From assembly GCA_001275005.1 (NCBI GenBank), contig JWZX01001686.1, positions 1-35,709 of the forward strand: a stretch of 35,709 nucleotides of DNA. Direction: 5' to 3'. Origin of the DNA: Chrysochromulina tobinii. Its lineage: Eukaryota. The notes under the pieces were generated by a model that saw only the letters and a program-made list of their open reading frames with translations, had not been told where the DNA came from and did no database searches. The translations under genes and the position numbers were made by a program. Shown piece by piece: positions 1 through 9,793 of the stretch (the first letter of the stretch is position 1; every line of letters begins with the position of its first letter).

Positions 1-85
1 GCCAGCGTGCTCGTTGCTTGCTTCCCGGCCGACACAGCACTTTTGATCCAAATCGGTACCAAATCGGCAATGTTCCAAATTCGGT

Positions 86-2521
86 ATGCTCGTTTTCCGG
101 CGGGCGGGCGTTTTGGAACTGGATCCAAAAAGGTTTGTACCCAGTTCCAAAGTCAAATGCCCCACCCGCCGCCTCCGTCCCATGCCCATCTCTGAGCCCG
201 CGTGCCCCACGTTGAGCCTCGTGACTTTCGAGCTTCCTGCGTTCACGGACCTCAACGGCAAGAGGCACAACGCTCGATTCTGCTACACGAGTGTAAGCGC
301 GAAGAACGGCGCGGTCCGGTGGGCTTATTCGGGTTCTAGCGTGCAGCGTAAGGAGAAGTTGAGAAAAGCCAATCCGCTCCTCAAAGAGGCGCCGCTGTCG
401 TACCTCCAGCATTTGGAGGCCGACGAGCCCAAGCACTACGCCGAGCTCTTGCATGCGACTTTCGGCACCGCGCCCACCGGCACGATGCAGAAGGTGTTCA
501 GTGCGCTTCTCGCTGAGCACCTCAGCTGCGCAGACAAGCGCAAGCTGGTGCTCGCGCTGCCGCTCGCCGACGTCACGAGCGCGCAAGCACAGGTGCTCAA
601 CCGCTCTGGCGGCGCGCCCGTCGCCCTGAACAAGCCAGCGTCGCTGGCGCGGATGCAGCGCGTCTTTGCCTCGCCCCAGGCCCTGCTCTCGTCGCCGCGC
701 TCCTCGGCGGGCTCCACGCCATCCTCGTTGACTCGCATCGTCGTCGACACTGTGTGGACGGGCGGCGCGGCGGCCGTTGAGGCTGTCAGAGGCCTGACGT
801 CGGTGATCAAGTCCTTGCAAAAGGATATGCGCTCGGCCGCCAAGGCGAGCGAGGCTCGCGACGTCGAGGCCGCGGCCGTGGCTCGGAGCACGAGAGGCGA
901 GCTCTTGGGTGAGTTCGACTCGGTGCGCGAGACCATCGTTTCCGAGGCATGTGCGATCAAGGATGAGGTTGTCGATGCGGCAGCCCTCATCACAGATCAG
1001 CTCGAGGAAGCTGCCGCTGCGGCCAGGATCGAGGCAAGGGAGGCCCAAGCTCGCGCCGCGGAGGCCAGGGCCGAGGCCGAAGCGCGCGCTGGGGAGGCCA
1101 GGGCCGAGGCCGAGGCGCAAGCTAATTATCGCAAGGAGCAACGCGCGGCGCAGCTCGCGGAGAAGAAGGCGCGCCTGGACGCCGAAGCGCGCGCACGGGA
1201 CGCCAACCGAACCATCGCCGGTGTGCTCGTCGACATAAAGCAGGACACAGTCAGTACCAAGGACATCACCCGCGCGGCCGCCGTGCAGGTGATGGAGGCG
1301 GCAGCCAAGATGTCCGAGGCAGCTGGGGTGGTGGCTGGCGTGGCTGAGGACCTCACGGATGCTACCGAGCAGGCGATTGACGCGGCAGCCGCGATGTCGG
1401 CGGCATCCAAAGTGGTGGTTCGCGCGGGTAATGCCGTCAAGGATGCTGCCGAACAGATGGTGTTCTCGATCGACGAGATGACGATCTCGATCGACGACAT
1501 CAAGTCGGGTGAATGGCTCGCCAAGGTCATCAATCCCCTCATTGCAGGTAAGCACATGGTAGACGAGGAGATGCTCCAGGAGGCGCTCGCCAAGAAGAAA
1601 GCCAAGGCGGCATCGTCGTGTGCGCCCGTCGTCCCGGCAGGAGTGTGCAAGTCCTCGCGGACCGCCGCCACTTCGGCACGCGGCAAGGCTCCGGCAGCCT
1701 CGGTCGCACCCTCGACCCGTTCGACCAGGGCGAGCGTGTCAAAGCCTGCGCCGCCGCCCGCTGTCAAGGGCGGCAAGACGGCCAAGGGTGGCAAGGCGGC
1801 CGCAGGCACGATGGCCAACAAGGTCGGCGAGGATCTCGCCCCCTCGGAGGACTGGCTCAAGCGCGTCCAGGCGGCGGGCGAGACCATCCGGATGGTCATC
1901 AACAGCGCCGTGACGAACGACAAGCTCGAGGAGACGCTCGAGGCGCTCGGCGAGGGCATCGTGAAGGCGATCTCTGCGCTTGAGTGCCAGGTCGTGTTCG
2001 CCATCCTAGAGTCCCTCGAGTATGTCTTCGATCAGCTGGGCCCGGCCGTGGGGCCTCTGCTGCTGTGCGGTGCCGCGGCTAAGGACGGCACGGTACTAGA
2101 TGCGCTGCTCAAGGCCGCCGCCAACCCGAAGTCCGCCCTTGTGCGCGAGGCCGCGCAGGCTACTGCCGTGCGCCTCATCAAGATTGCGCCGTCCGAGGAC
2201 GTGCTCAAAGTTGTGCTTCGCGTCGGGCGCAACGAGGCGAGCGCTGCCAAGACGTGCGTGTGTGCGGCGGAGCTCCTCAGCCTCCTTGTCACGCACCTGC
2301 CCAAGCTACCCGCCAAGCTGAGCAATGGTGTGGAACTATGCCTCATCAAGCTCCTCCAAGCGCCTCAAGAGGACGTGCGCGAGGTGGGCGCCAACGCGCT
2401 CATGTGCTTTTATGCGGTTGGCTGCAGCAGCGAAGCGCTCGCCATCATCGACAAGGTGACGGTGGACAATATGCCCCTGCGCAACAAGCTCTTCAAGCAG
2501 CTGGGGACTGACGCAGCATGA
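86..2521 (+). CDS. Intronless protein: unrecognised ~100-aa N-terminal domain + Ala/Glu coiled coil + basic low-complexity linker + C-terminal HEAT/TOG (CLASP-N-like) domain
   Basis: 811-aa ORF with GC3-rich codons; the true start may be ATG 182 (MPISEP). The N-terminal TFELPAF..GKRHNARFCYT..VRWAY..ANPLLKEAPLSYL aligns with the duplicated domain of the 13982 gene. The C-terminus has HEAT-like helices (SALVREAAQAT, LLQAPQEDVREVGANAL) resembling CLASP/TOG, recognised by eye. Confidence 0.75.
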   Translation: MLVFRRAGVLELDPKRFVPSSKVKCPTRRLRPMPISEPACPTLSLVTFELPAFTDLNGKRHNARFCYTSVSAKNGAVRWAYSGSSVQRKEKLRKANPLLKEAPLSYLQHLEADEPKHYAELLHATFGTAPTGTMQKVFSALLAEHLSCADKRKLVLALPLADVTSAQAQVLNRSGGAPVALNKPASLARMQRVFASPQALLSSPRSSAGSTPSSLTRIVVDTVWTGGAAAVEAVRGLTSVIKSLQKDMRSAAKASEARDVEAAAVARSTRGELLGEFDSVRETIVSEACAIKDEVVDAAALITDQLEEAAAAARIEAREAQARAAEARAEAEARAGEARAEAEAQANYRKEQRAAQLAEKKARLDAEARARDANRTIAGVLVDIKQDTVSTKDITRAAAVQVMEAAAKMSEAAGVVAGVAEDLTDATEQAIDAAAAMSAASKVVVRAGNAVKDAAEQMVFSIDEMTISIDDIKSGEWLAKVINPLIAGKHMVDEEMLQEALAKKKAKAASSCAPVVPAGVCKSSRTAATSARGKAPAASVAPSTRSTRASVSKPAPPPAVKGGKTAKGGKAAAGTMANKVGEDLAPSEDWLKRVQAAGETIRMVINSAVTNDKLEETLEALGEGIVKAISALECQVVFAILESLEYVFDQLGPAVGPLLLCGAAAKDGTVLDALLKAAANPKSALVREAAQATAVRLIKIAPSEDVLKVVLRVGRNEASAAKTCVCAAELLSLLVTHLPKLPAKLSNGVELCLIKLLQAPQEDVREVGANALMCFYAVGCSSEALAIIDKVTVDNMPLRNKLFKQLGTDAA

Positions 2522-2797
2522 ATGTGTGGATATGAGGAGCTAAATGGTCGCCCGCCTCCTCGCGGCGCACCTCGGGCAATGCCGGTCATCCCATCGACTC
2601 AGTATCCACTGACCAAGGTGCGCGCGCGGTTGCGGCGGCGGCTGATGTGCGCGGCGAAACACCTACGAACAGTGATAACAGAACTTTTACCTCAGAGCGG
2701 CGGGGTCCGGTAGCAAAGAGGCGACCAGGACTACATACGTGTGTGAGTCTCATTCGCATCTGCCGTGTGTGAGCAGTCGAGATGTGTGGGACACGTG
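2435..2797 (+). repeat. Dispersed duplication copy 1 (last ~28 codons + 3' flank), paired with 16719..17088
   Basis: Long near-identical tracts, e.g. GCGCTCGCCATCATCGACAAGGTGACGGTGGACAA and GCGGCGAAACACCTACGAACAGTGATAACAGAACTTT, occur at both loci. Confidence 0.95.
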
Positions 2798-3069
2798 TGC
2801 GTCAGGGAGGGTGTGCGCGGTCTGTCTGCGGCGCGGTGCTATGCGCCACGGTGTCCCTGAGCGTGAGCCTGAGTGCCTGACCCCCGCCCTTCGCTCTTGC
2901 CAGTGTGAGCTGTGTGAGCTGTGTGGGCCCGCGCTGGGTGACTGTGGCTGTGTGGGCGTGGAGAGAGTCGAGGAGAGAGGAAACTATGCAGCGCATTTTT
3001 TACGTCACGACCGTTCAATCAGCAGTGTCAGGCTGCTGATGACACACACGTGCCGCAACCCGCTGTCCG

Positions 3070-5766
3070 TCAATCAAATTCGCCCCTCGCGAAGAATTTG
3101 AGCCATTCGGATAAAGCTTCGTCCGCGAGCTCGCTAGGTGCGGCTGGGGCTACCAACTGCTCGGCGCCGCACTGCGAGGCGAGCCACCAGAGTTCCATGC
3201 CGTCGCTGATCTCGTCGTTGCCAGGGCCCACACCCGAAAGTTCCCACACGCGCGGCCAGAGGGCAGAGAGCGCCGTGCCGGGCGGCACCACCCGCATCTC
3301 GCTCGCGCTCAGCATGGCCGCGAGCTCCGATCTCGTGAACTGCTCACCACGGCGCGCACGAGAGGCCATCAGGGAGGCCATCAGGGAGGCCATCAGAGGG
3401 GCCATCAGAGGGGCCCTTCAGAGGGGCATTCAGAGAGGCCACCAGAGAGGCCATCAGAGGCTATCATCACCTGCACCACACCGCGAACGAGCACGAGGTC
3501 GGCAGGCTTGATCTGCGGCTCCTGACTGCTGCTGGCTAAGCTGCTGGCTGATTGCATGCTGCTAGCCGGCTGCAGCTTCGCAGTGACGTCACTCGGACTC
3601 ATCAGGAAGACGCCCGAGGTGCCCAACTGCACGCCGCCCAATTCGGCGCGATGGTGCAGCCACACCTGATGAGGGAAGCCATTAAACACCATCAGACGCA
3701 ATCTCAGACGCAATCTCAGACGCAATCTCAGACGCAATCTCAGACGCAATCTCAGACGCTCCTTCAGTGCCACTCCCGCCGCCCAAGACGGCGCCAGGTT
3801 CCGGCCGGTAGCAGCAACTGGGTACGAAGCTCATCAGAGAGGTCATCAGAGAGGTCATCAGAGAGGTCATCAGAGAGGTCATCAGAGAGGTCATCAGAGA
3901 GGTCATCAGAGAGGTAATCAGAGAGGTAATCAGAGAGGTAATCAGAGAGGCACCTGGGTACGAAGCTCGCGGTTGCCGCAATAGAGTGCGCGGCGCTCGG
4001 GTTTGCCTGGTAGCTGAAAGCGCATCACGTTCACAGTCGGCCTGTTGAGCACACAGGCACTGACCACGCCGCGCGCGCCCTCATCCGCCTATGCAAAGGG
4101 GGCGATCAGTGGTGATCAGAGGCGATCAGTGCAGTGGCAATATCAGGGGCAATCGGTAAGCTCATTATGAAAGGCAATCATGAGAGCCCAGCAGAGCCCA
4201 TCAAGCGCGGTACCTGCAGCACGAGCAGGATCGCCTTGTGCAGGAATTGGTCCTCAAGCAAGACACGGTCCGCCGGCCGGCCTGTGACGGGCGACACCGT
4301 CGAGAGCAGCACCGTACCCACCCGAATCGTCGCGCCCATCTCGGCGCCTTGCTGGGCGCCTTGCTGGGCGCTCATCTCGGCGCTCGGCTCGGCCGCGCCC
4401 TCCGTGTCGGCGGTTGGCGTCGCGCTGCCTTGGGCGTTCTCAGCGCGACGCTCGAGCACGGCGCGGTAGTACTCCGCTGCACTCGTAGTAGCCGGCGCTC
4501 GGAGCGTCGTCTTGGGCAGCAGATGGGCGCGCACCCATTCGGTGAGCATCCGGTCGGCGAGGCTGCCTGCGCTCTGGCGCACCTGATGACGGAAGCAATT
4601 AGGAAGCAATTAGGAAGCAATTAGGCTCAGTGATGCTCAGAGGCGCTCAGAAGTCATCCGAGGCGCTCCGCATGCATCAGAGGCCATCAGTCGCGTACAT
4701 CCTCTTCGCGCCCTATGCTCTTCATTAAGCTGGCCCAGGTCCCAATCCCCGTAATGGAGCCCACATTCGGCTCGTTGACCATCGAGACCTCTCCAGGCGG
4801 CGGGAGCTCGCGTGCTTCGCGGAGCATCTCCTTGAGCAGCGTCCCGCTGTCTGCCGCAGCGAGGTACCAGCTCCCACGCTGCTCCAGCTCCATCTGCAGC
4901 TGGCCAGGCGCCCAACCGCTGTAACCAACACACACCCAAAAGTCCGACCGCTTGGCCACCCCTGCCATCACAAGGGCCTTGGCGCTGTCGAGGCTGCAGT
5001 ACGAGACGCCCTTGATCACGCGCGTAGAGACCTGATCAAGGGCGTAGAGTACAATCAATCAATAGAGTACAATAGAGTACAATCAGGTCTCTACAATGTA
5101 CAATAGAGTACAATCAGGTCTCTACAATCAATTGATTGATCACGCGCGTAGAGACCTGATCAATCGCAGGACGGCGGCCATCAGTCGCCATCAGTCGCCA
5201 TCCACGCTCATCAGTCGCAATCCACGCTCATCAGTGGCAATCCTCACCTGATCCACCAGGAAGCCTTCAAGCGCGTGCAGCGCGTTGATCTCGAGCTGTC
5301 CGCGCGCCTTGTCGGCGCCTAGAAAGATGCCGCCCTCGGCCACTTGGCCGTGCCCGCACCACAGGCGCCAGCCGTCCTGCTCGATCGCCGAGGGACGATT
5401 GAGGATGATGCCTTTGGTGAACGTCTCATCGTGCTGAAGAAGGAGCATGACCGACTTGTGGAAGAACTGCTGACGGAGCGCGAAGCCGAAGACCTGCTTC
5501 GTGCCGCCCATGAGGATCGAGCCCTGCTCGATGAGGGGCGTTTCGTAAGCGTAGCTGCCGGCGTAGCTGCCGTTGCTCGCCGCTGGCGTGCCGGATTCTT
5601 GTTCCTGGGCGACCAGTCGCGCGCGCATCTCACGCCAGTCGAGCTCCTCCTCGTTCATCGCGACGGATGCACGTCGTGAGAATATGACCGGAAGTGGCCG
5701 TGAGCTGATGGCCGGACGTGAGCTGATGGCGTGCGCCACCGCTGTGCACGTCATGAAAAAGAGCAT
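3070..5766 (-). CDS. Tandem DUF179 / AlgH-YqgE family protein, probably plastid-targeted (6 exons, ~606 aa)
   Basis: Deduced exons 5766-5248, 5031-4699, 4582-4214, 4088-3954, 3665-3471, 3339-3070, all GT-AG and phase 0. Motifs DWREMRARLV, FHKSVMLLLQH..GIILNRP, GYSGWAPGQLQMEL; a second degenerate domain has FLHKAILLVLQ..CVLNRP. The N-terminus looks like a signal peptide plus Ser/Arg-rich transit peptide. Confidence 0.85.
3361..3460 (-). repeat. Intronic 12-bp tandem repeat (AGAGGCCATCAG)n
   Basis: About 8 imperfect copies inside intron 3470..3340. Confidence 0.9.
3691..3950 (-). repeat. Intronic 12-bp tandem repeats (TCAGACGCAATC)n and (CATCAGAGAGGT)n
   Basis: Two arrays (3691-3760 and 3832-3950) inside intron 3953..3666. 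Confidence 0.9.
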
Positions 5767-6128
5767 CTTCGCTAGCAGGTCCTACAGCGAATCTTTTCAG
5801 GTTATCGCGGCGTCGCGTTCACACAGGTTTGGATTCAGTGGCTGTGAATGAGGGCGAGGGTCTTTTCTCCTCCATTACCAGGATTATCCGAGAATCTAAC
5901 CGATCGTCTTCATCACGCGCCACGCTTGCTTCTTGGCCACACGGGCCGGGCATCGCTGAGCGCCGAGGCCCTGCCCAAGGCAGCTCTCACGCGCGAGCGC
6001 AACCGCCTCACCCCCCAGCCCCACCTCACCTACTTCAGTCCCCCCGAGACCTCGAGAAACTTCACACCGCACCCACACACCACCATGACTCAGACACGAG
6101 ACGACAAACATGCCCTCCCTAATGGTGC

Positions 6129-7622
6129 TCACTTGTGGGCGGCGAACCACTTGCGGTTCCAGTAGATCCAGTAGGCAAAGATGAAAAACATGACGAAGTC
6201 GTCGAGGTCGAGAAGGATCCAGTAGTCGACAACGATATTGTACCCGCACATGCTGCACCACCTCGAAGCAACGGTCGCGGCGACGTCGGCGACCTCCGCC
6301 GCCGCGTCGCATGGCGCATCCGCGCTTGCGACACACGCCGCCATTGAGGGATCGACGGTGCCCGCATCGGTGTTGGAGGTGGGCTCGGTGGCGCACAACT
6401 TAGAGCACCGGGAGGCGTAGAGGAAGAAGGATATGTTGTGCGCGATGACGACGTATACTAAGTAGTGGCACGCGTCATGATACATGCTGAGCGCCGTCGA
6501 GTAGGGCAGCGCGGGCAGCGAGTCCGAGGACGTGTAGTTGATGCTGGTAAGCGTGAGAACGACGGTCAGAAGGAGCGAAAGCCGATTGCCGATTTCAACC
6601 GGCGGGATGAACGTCGACACGCACGCGAGCGCGGCGAAGACGCCCGGACGCAAAATGAAGTTGGTCACGTAATACTGCGGAAATCGACTGATGCGCATGC
6701 GCATCGTAAGAGCCGACTGCTCGCTCGTAGTATTCTCGTTCTCCGAGAGCTCCTCAGAGATGACATTCCACTCGAAGAGGCGTTTCTTGACGTCTGGCTT
6801 TACCTCGAGGATGCCCTCCTTGATGCGCTCCGACTCCACACGCATGTAGGGGTCGCAATCAAGCTCGTACATCTTGTCCTTGTGCTTCTTGGGAAGGAAG
6901 AGTTCGACTCTCAGCTCGTGCGAGTCGTAGGGGAACCCTTCGAAGTTGAAGTCGAGCTGCACGTCCGTCTCGATCAGGCCCGTCAGGACGGCGACGGTGC
7001 GATCGCGATCGCGATCATTGGGCTGCAGAGGCGGGAACCAGATCTCCTCCACTTCGTAATCGTCGTCGTAGACGCTTGTGGCGTCGGACACCCGGAAGAA
7101 CTCCCGCTTGCCCTTGAATTCAAGATTGCCGTTTTGGACGCCCAAGGTCGGGAGCGCTTCGAGCCGCTCGAGCTCTTTCCACGCTTCCTCTTCCGAGTTG
7201 ACCCGTTTGCCTTGTTCTGGCAGGAACTGCAGGGCCTCGTTGCGCGGCCGAAAGATGAGGTGGACGCGAAACACTATCTTCGCCCGCATATTCTTGCAAT
7301 CGATCTTGTTGACGGCGTGCAGCCGGCATGCGACGTAGCACGGCTCCCGCTGACGTTCCATCATATCCCTTAAAAGCTCGTTCGGGGGTGCGCGGCGCCT
7401 CCGGTTTTTAACGACTCGTTGCTCTTGTTGGCGCACGGGCGAGCGTGCAGGCCTCGGCAAGGGCGAGCGTGAAGAGCTGCGAGGCATTAGACACGCTCCT
7501 CGACTCGTTGTTGGGGCACAGGCGAGGGTGAGGAGCGCGCGCTGGCGCGCGACGGCATAGCTCGCAATTGCGAGTGTACAGTAGCGCTCGCATTTGCGAT
7601 GACCGCCTACTGTAGTTTGCAC
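6129..7622 (-). CDS. Cys-less (Pro-loop) pentameric ligand-gated ion channel subunit, ELIC/GLIC-like, copy 1
   Basis: Pro-loop FNFEGFPYDSHEL; pre-M1/M1 RFPQYYVTNFILRP; M2 NRLSLLLTVVLTLT; M2-M3 loop SDSLPALPYST (ELIC has SNILPRLPYTT); M4 near the C-terminus. Start uncertain (7622, 7487 or 7364). Confidence 0.85.
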   Translation of the reverse strand: MQTTVGGHRKCERYCTLAIASYAVARQRALLTLACAPTTSRGACLMPRSSSRSPLPRPARSPVRQQEQRVVKNRRRRAPPNELLRDMMERQREPCYVACRLHAVNKIDCKNMRAKIVFRVHLIFRPRNEALQFLPEQGKRVNSEEEAWKELERLEALPTLGVQNGNLEFKGKREFFRVSDATSVYDDDYEVEEIWFPPLQPNDRDRDRTVAVLTGLIETDVQLDFNFEGFPYDSHELRVELFLPKKHKDKMYELDCDPYMRVESERIKEGILEVKPDVKKRLFEWNVISEELSENENTTSEQSALTMRMRISRFPQYYVTNFILRPGVFAALACVSTFIPPVEIGNRLSLLLTVVLTLTSINYTSSDSLPALPYSTALSMYHDACHYLVYVVIAHNISFFLYASRCSKLCATEPTSNTDAGTVDPSMAACVASADAPCDAAAEVADVAATVASRWCSMCGYNIVVDYWILLDLDDFVMFFIFAYWIYWNRKWFAAHK

Positions 7623-7646
7623 ATGTTATATAAAAATGTAATGTGT

Positions 7647-7677
7647 GTCCCGGCTCCCCCCGGTGTCTTTTTACCGG
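7647..7677 (+). promoter_or_regulatory. Conserved ~31-bp intergenic motif, copy 1
   Basis: GTCCCGGCTCCCCCCGGTGTCTTTTTACCGG between divergently transcribed genes, next to TTATATAAAAA (7626-7636). The repeat is certain; the regulatory role is inferred. Confidence 0.55.
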
Positions 7678-7916
7678 TATGGTAGTGCAGGCACCCATTC
7701 CTTGGCCCATCCGGGGCCCTGTGTGTGAGAGAGCGGTCGTGGCGTTCAATTGAAGTCAAACGATACAAATAACAGATTGGCGCGGCGCGCTTGCTTCCTA
7801 CCCGTAGCTTGAGCTTGCTTGGCGCGCGGGGGCTCCGCAAGTTTCGCCCGGCCGGTCCTGCTGTGCTCCAGTGTGCTCGGCCCACGTTCGCACGGCCTGG
7901 TCTGACTCGTGACTGA

Positions 7917-9711
7917 ATGACTGGTGACCTTGACAATGGAACGCTCGACGTCTCGCTTGTGCACCGGACACGTCGCAGCAATTGGTTCGTCTACGTGGCC
8001 TTTCTCTTTCCGGCGCTAGCGGGCTTCCTTTTCGGCTACGACATCGGCGGAGCGTCCGGAGCAGTCCGCAGCCTGGACGTGAAGAGCAATGCGACGAGTG
8101 GCATTCCGCTGCACGACATCGAAAACGCGCTCTACACCTCAGCCTCGCTCATGGGCGCGACGCTCGGCTCCATCCTCGTCTTTTGGATAGGTGAGCCTCT
8201 CGGCCGCCGGCGCGAGCTCATGTGTGGCTCACTGCTGTACGCCGTGGGCGCGCTCGTGTCCGGCCTCGGGCCCGGCAGCGCCGCGACGGTCGTGACCGGC
8301 CGCGCGGTGTACGGTCTTGGGATTGCCTTCTCGATGCACTCGGCGCCCGTGTACATCAGCGAGATGGCGCCCGCCGACAAGCGCGGTCTGCTCGTCTCGT
8401 TGAAAGAGGGCTTCATCGTGCTTGGCATTCTCATGGGGTTTGGGGCGACGGCGATCGCCGAGGACGTGCTGGACGAAGCGACGGTGTACCGCGCCATCTG
8501 GCTCCCGACCAGCGCGATTGCGTGCGTCATCTTCATCGGCATGTCGCTCATGCCGGAATCCGCTCGCTGGCTGCTGCTCCGTGGCGACCCCTCCGACGTG
8601 AGTCAGTCCCAAGCAACCATCCACGCTTACCCCTCGCCTACCATATTTGGAACGAGCGCCACCGGGAGCCACGGTCTCCAACGCTCGACACTCCTCGCTG
8701 AGGAGGCGACGGGGCGATCACCTTCGAGGACCGCAGCCGCGGCGGCGCTGCGCCGCTTCCGCCGCGGGGCTTCCGAGGCGGAGATCGAGGCCGAGATTGC
8801 CGAGATCGAGATGACACTCTCCGATGTGCGAGCCTCCTCCAGGGCGTCTCCCGTGCTTGCCCCCCTACAGTACTGGCTCTGAGAGCCACTGACCTGAGCC
8901 ACTGATCGAGTTCACACTGATCGAGTTCACACTGATCGTGTTCACACTGATCGAGTTCACACTGATCGAGTTCACACTGATCGAGTTCACGCGATCGAAG
9001 GTGGTCGGCGCGTCCAAGAGCGGCTGGCACGAGGTGCTGCGCGCGCGCAAGGCGCTCCTCGCCGGCCTCGGACTGATCACCCTGCAGCAGCTGACTGGAC
9101 AGCCGTCGGTCCTCTACTACCAAGAAGCCATCTTCGATGATGCGGGCTTCGACCACTTTGCAGCGTACGCCGCCGTCATCATCGGCAGCGCCAAGCTGGT
9201 CGCGACGCTCGTCACCGTCTTCTACGTGGACCGTTTCGGGCGGCGGCCGTTACTCTTCGCGGGGATCACCATGATGCTTGGCGCGCTGGCCGTGCTCAGC
9301 ACGGCGTTCGCCTTGGGAGAGCCCTCGGGGACTGACGCGAAGCAGATCACCCTGCCCCCGGGCTGGCCGCCCGTCGTCGTGGCGGCCCTCGTGCTGTACG
9401 TGTGCGGCTACCAGGTGGGCTTCGGCCCGATTGGATGGCTCATCATCTCGGAGGTCTTCCCGCTCAGATCGCGCTCCCGCGCGCTCTCGCTCGCGGTGAT
9501 CACGAACTTTGCATGCAATCTGGGCATGACCTTTGGACTGGTGCCGATGCAGGTCGCGCTCGACGATCTGGTGCCCGGCTACGGGCAGGCGATCCTGTTC
9601 GGCATCTACGGCGCCCTGTGCGTCTTCTCTCTCGGTTTCGTCTTCTGCTGCGTGCCCGAGACGAAAGGGAAGACGCTCGAAGAGATTGAGGAGATGTTCA
9701 ACCGACGCTGA
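7917..9711 (+). CDS. MFS sugar porter (D-xylose/H+ symporter-like, VGT-type), 2 exons, ~539 aa
   Basis: Exons 7917-8825 and 9001-9711 (GTGCGA...AAG, phase 0). Motifs FLFGYDIG, EPLGRRREL, PVYISEMAP..RG, PESARWL, QQLTGQPSVLYY, DRFGRRPLL, ISEVFP, VPETKGKTLEEI. Confidence 0.93.
8901..8990 (+). repeat. Intronic 15-bp tandem repeat (ACTGATCGAGTTCAC) x6
   Basis: Near-perfect copies directly before the acceptor at 9000. Confidence 0.95.
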
Positions 9712-9793
9712 AGCAAAAAACTAAGGGGGGAGGCCAGACCTACTTGTGCCCCCCCCTAAAAAATCAGACCTTCATTACGGTTTGTCGTTTCCT

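Noticed and set aside
3341..3355. TGCTCACCACGGCGC shared with ABC-F intron 4 (26451, 26536)
   Set aside because: Opposite orientation relative to transcription and explainable at 3341 as a degenerate exon-end copy; too short to call a mobile element.
8598..8730. Extra intron in the sugar porter starting at GTGAGT 8598
   Set aside because: The frame is open through the region, it falls in the variable central loop and no convincing acceptor was found; it cannot be excluded without cDNA.
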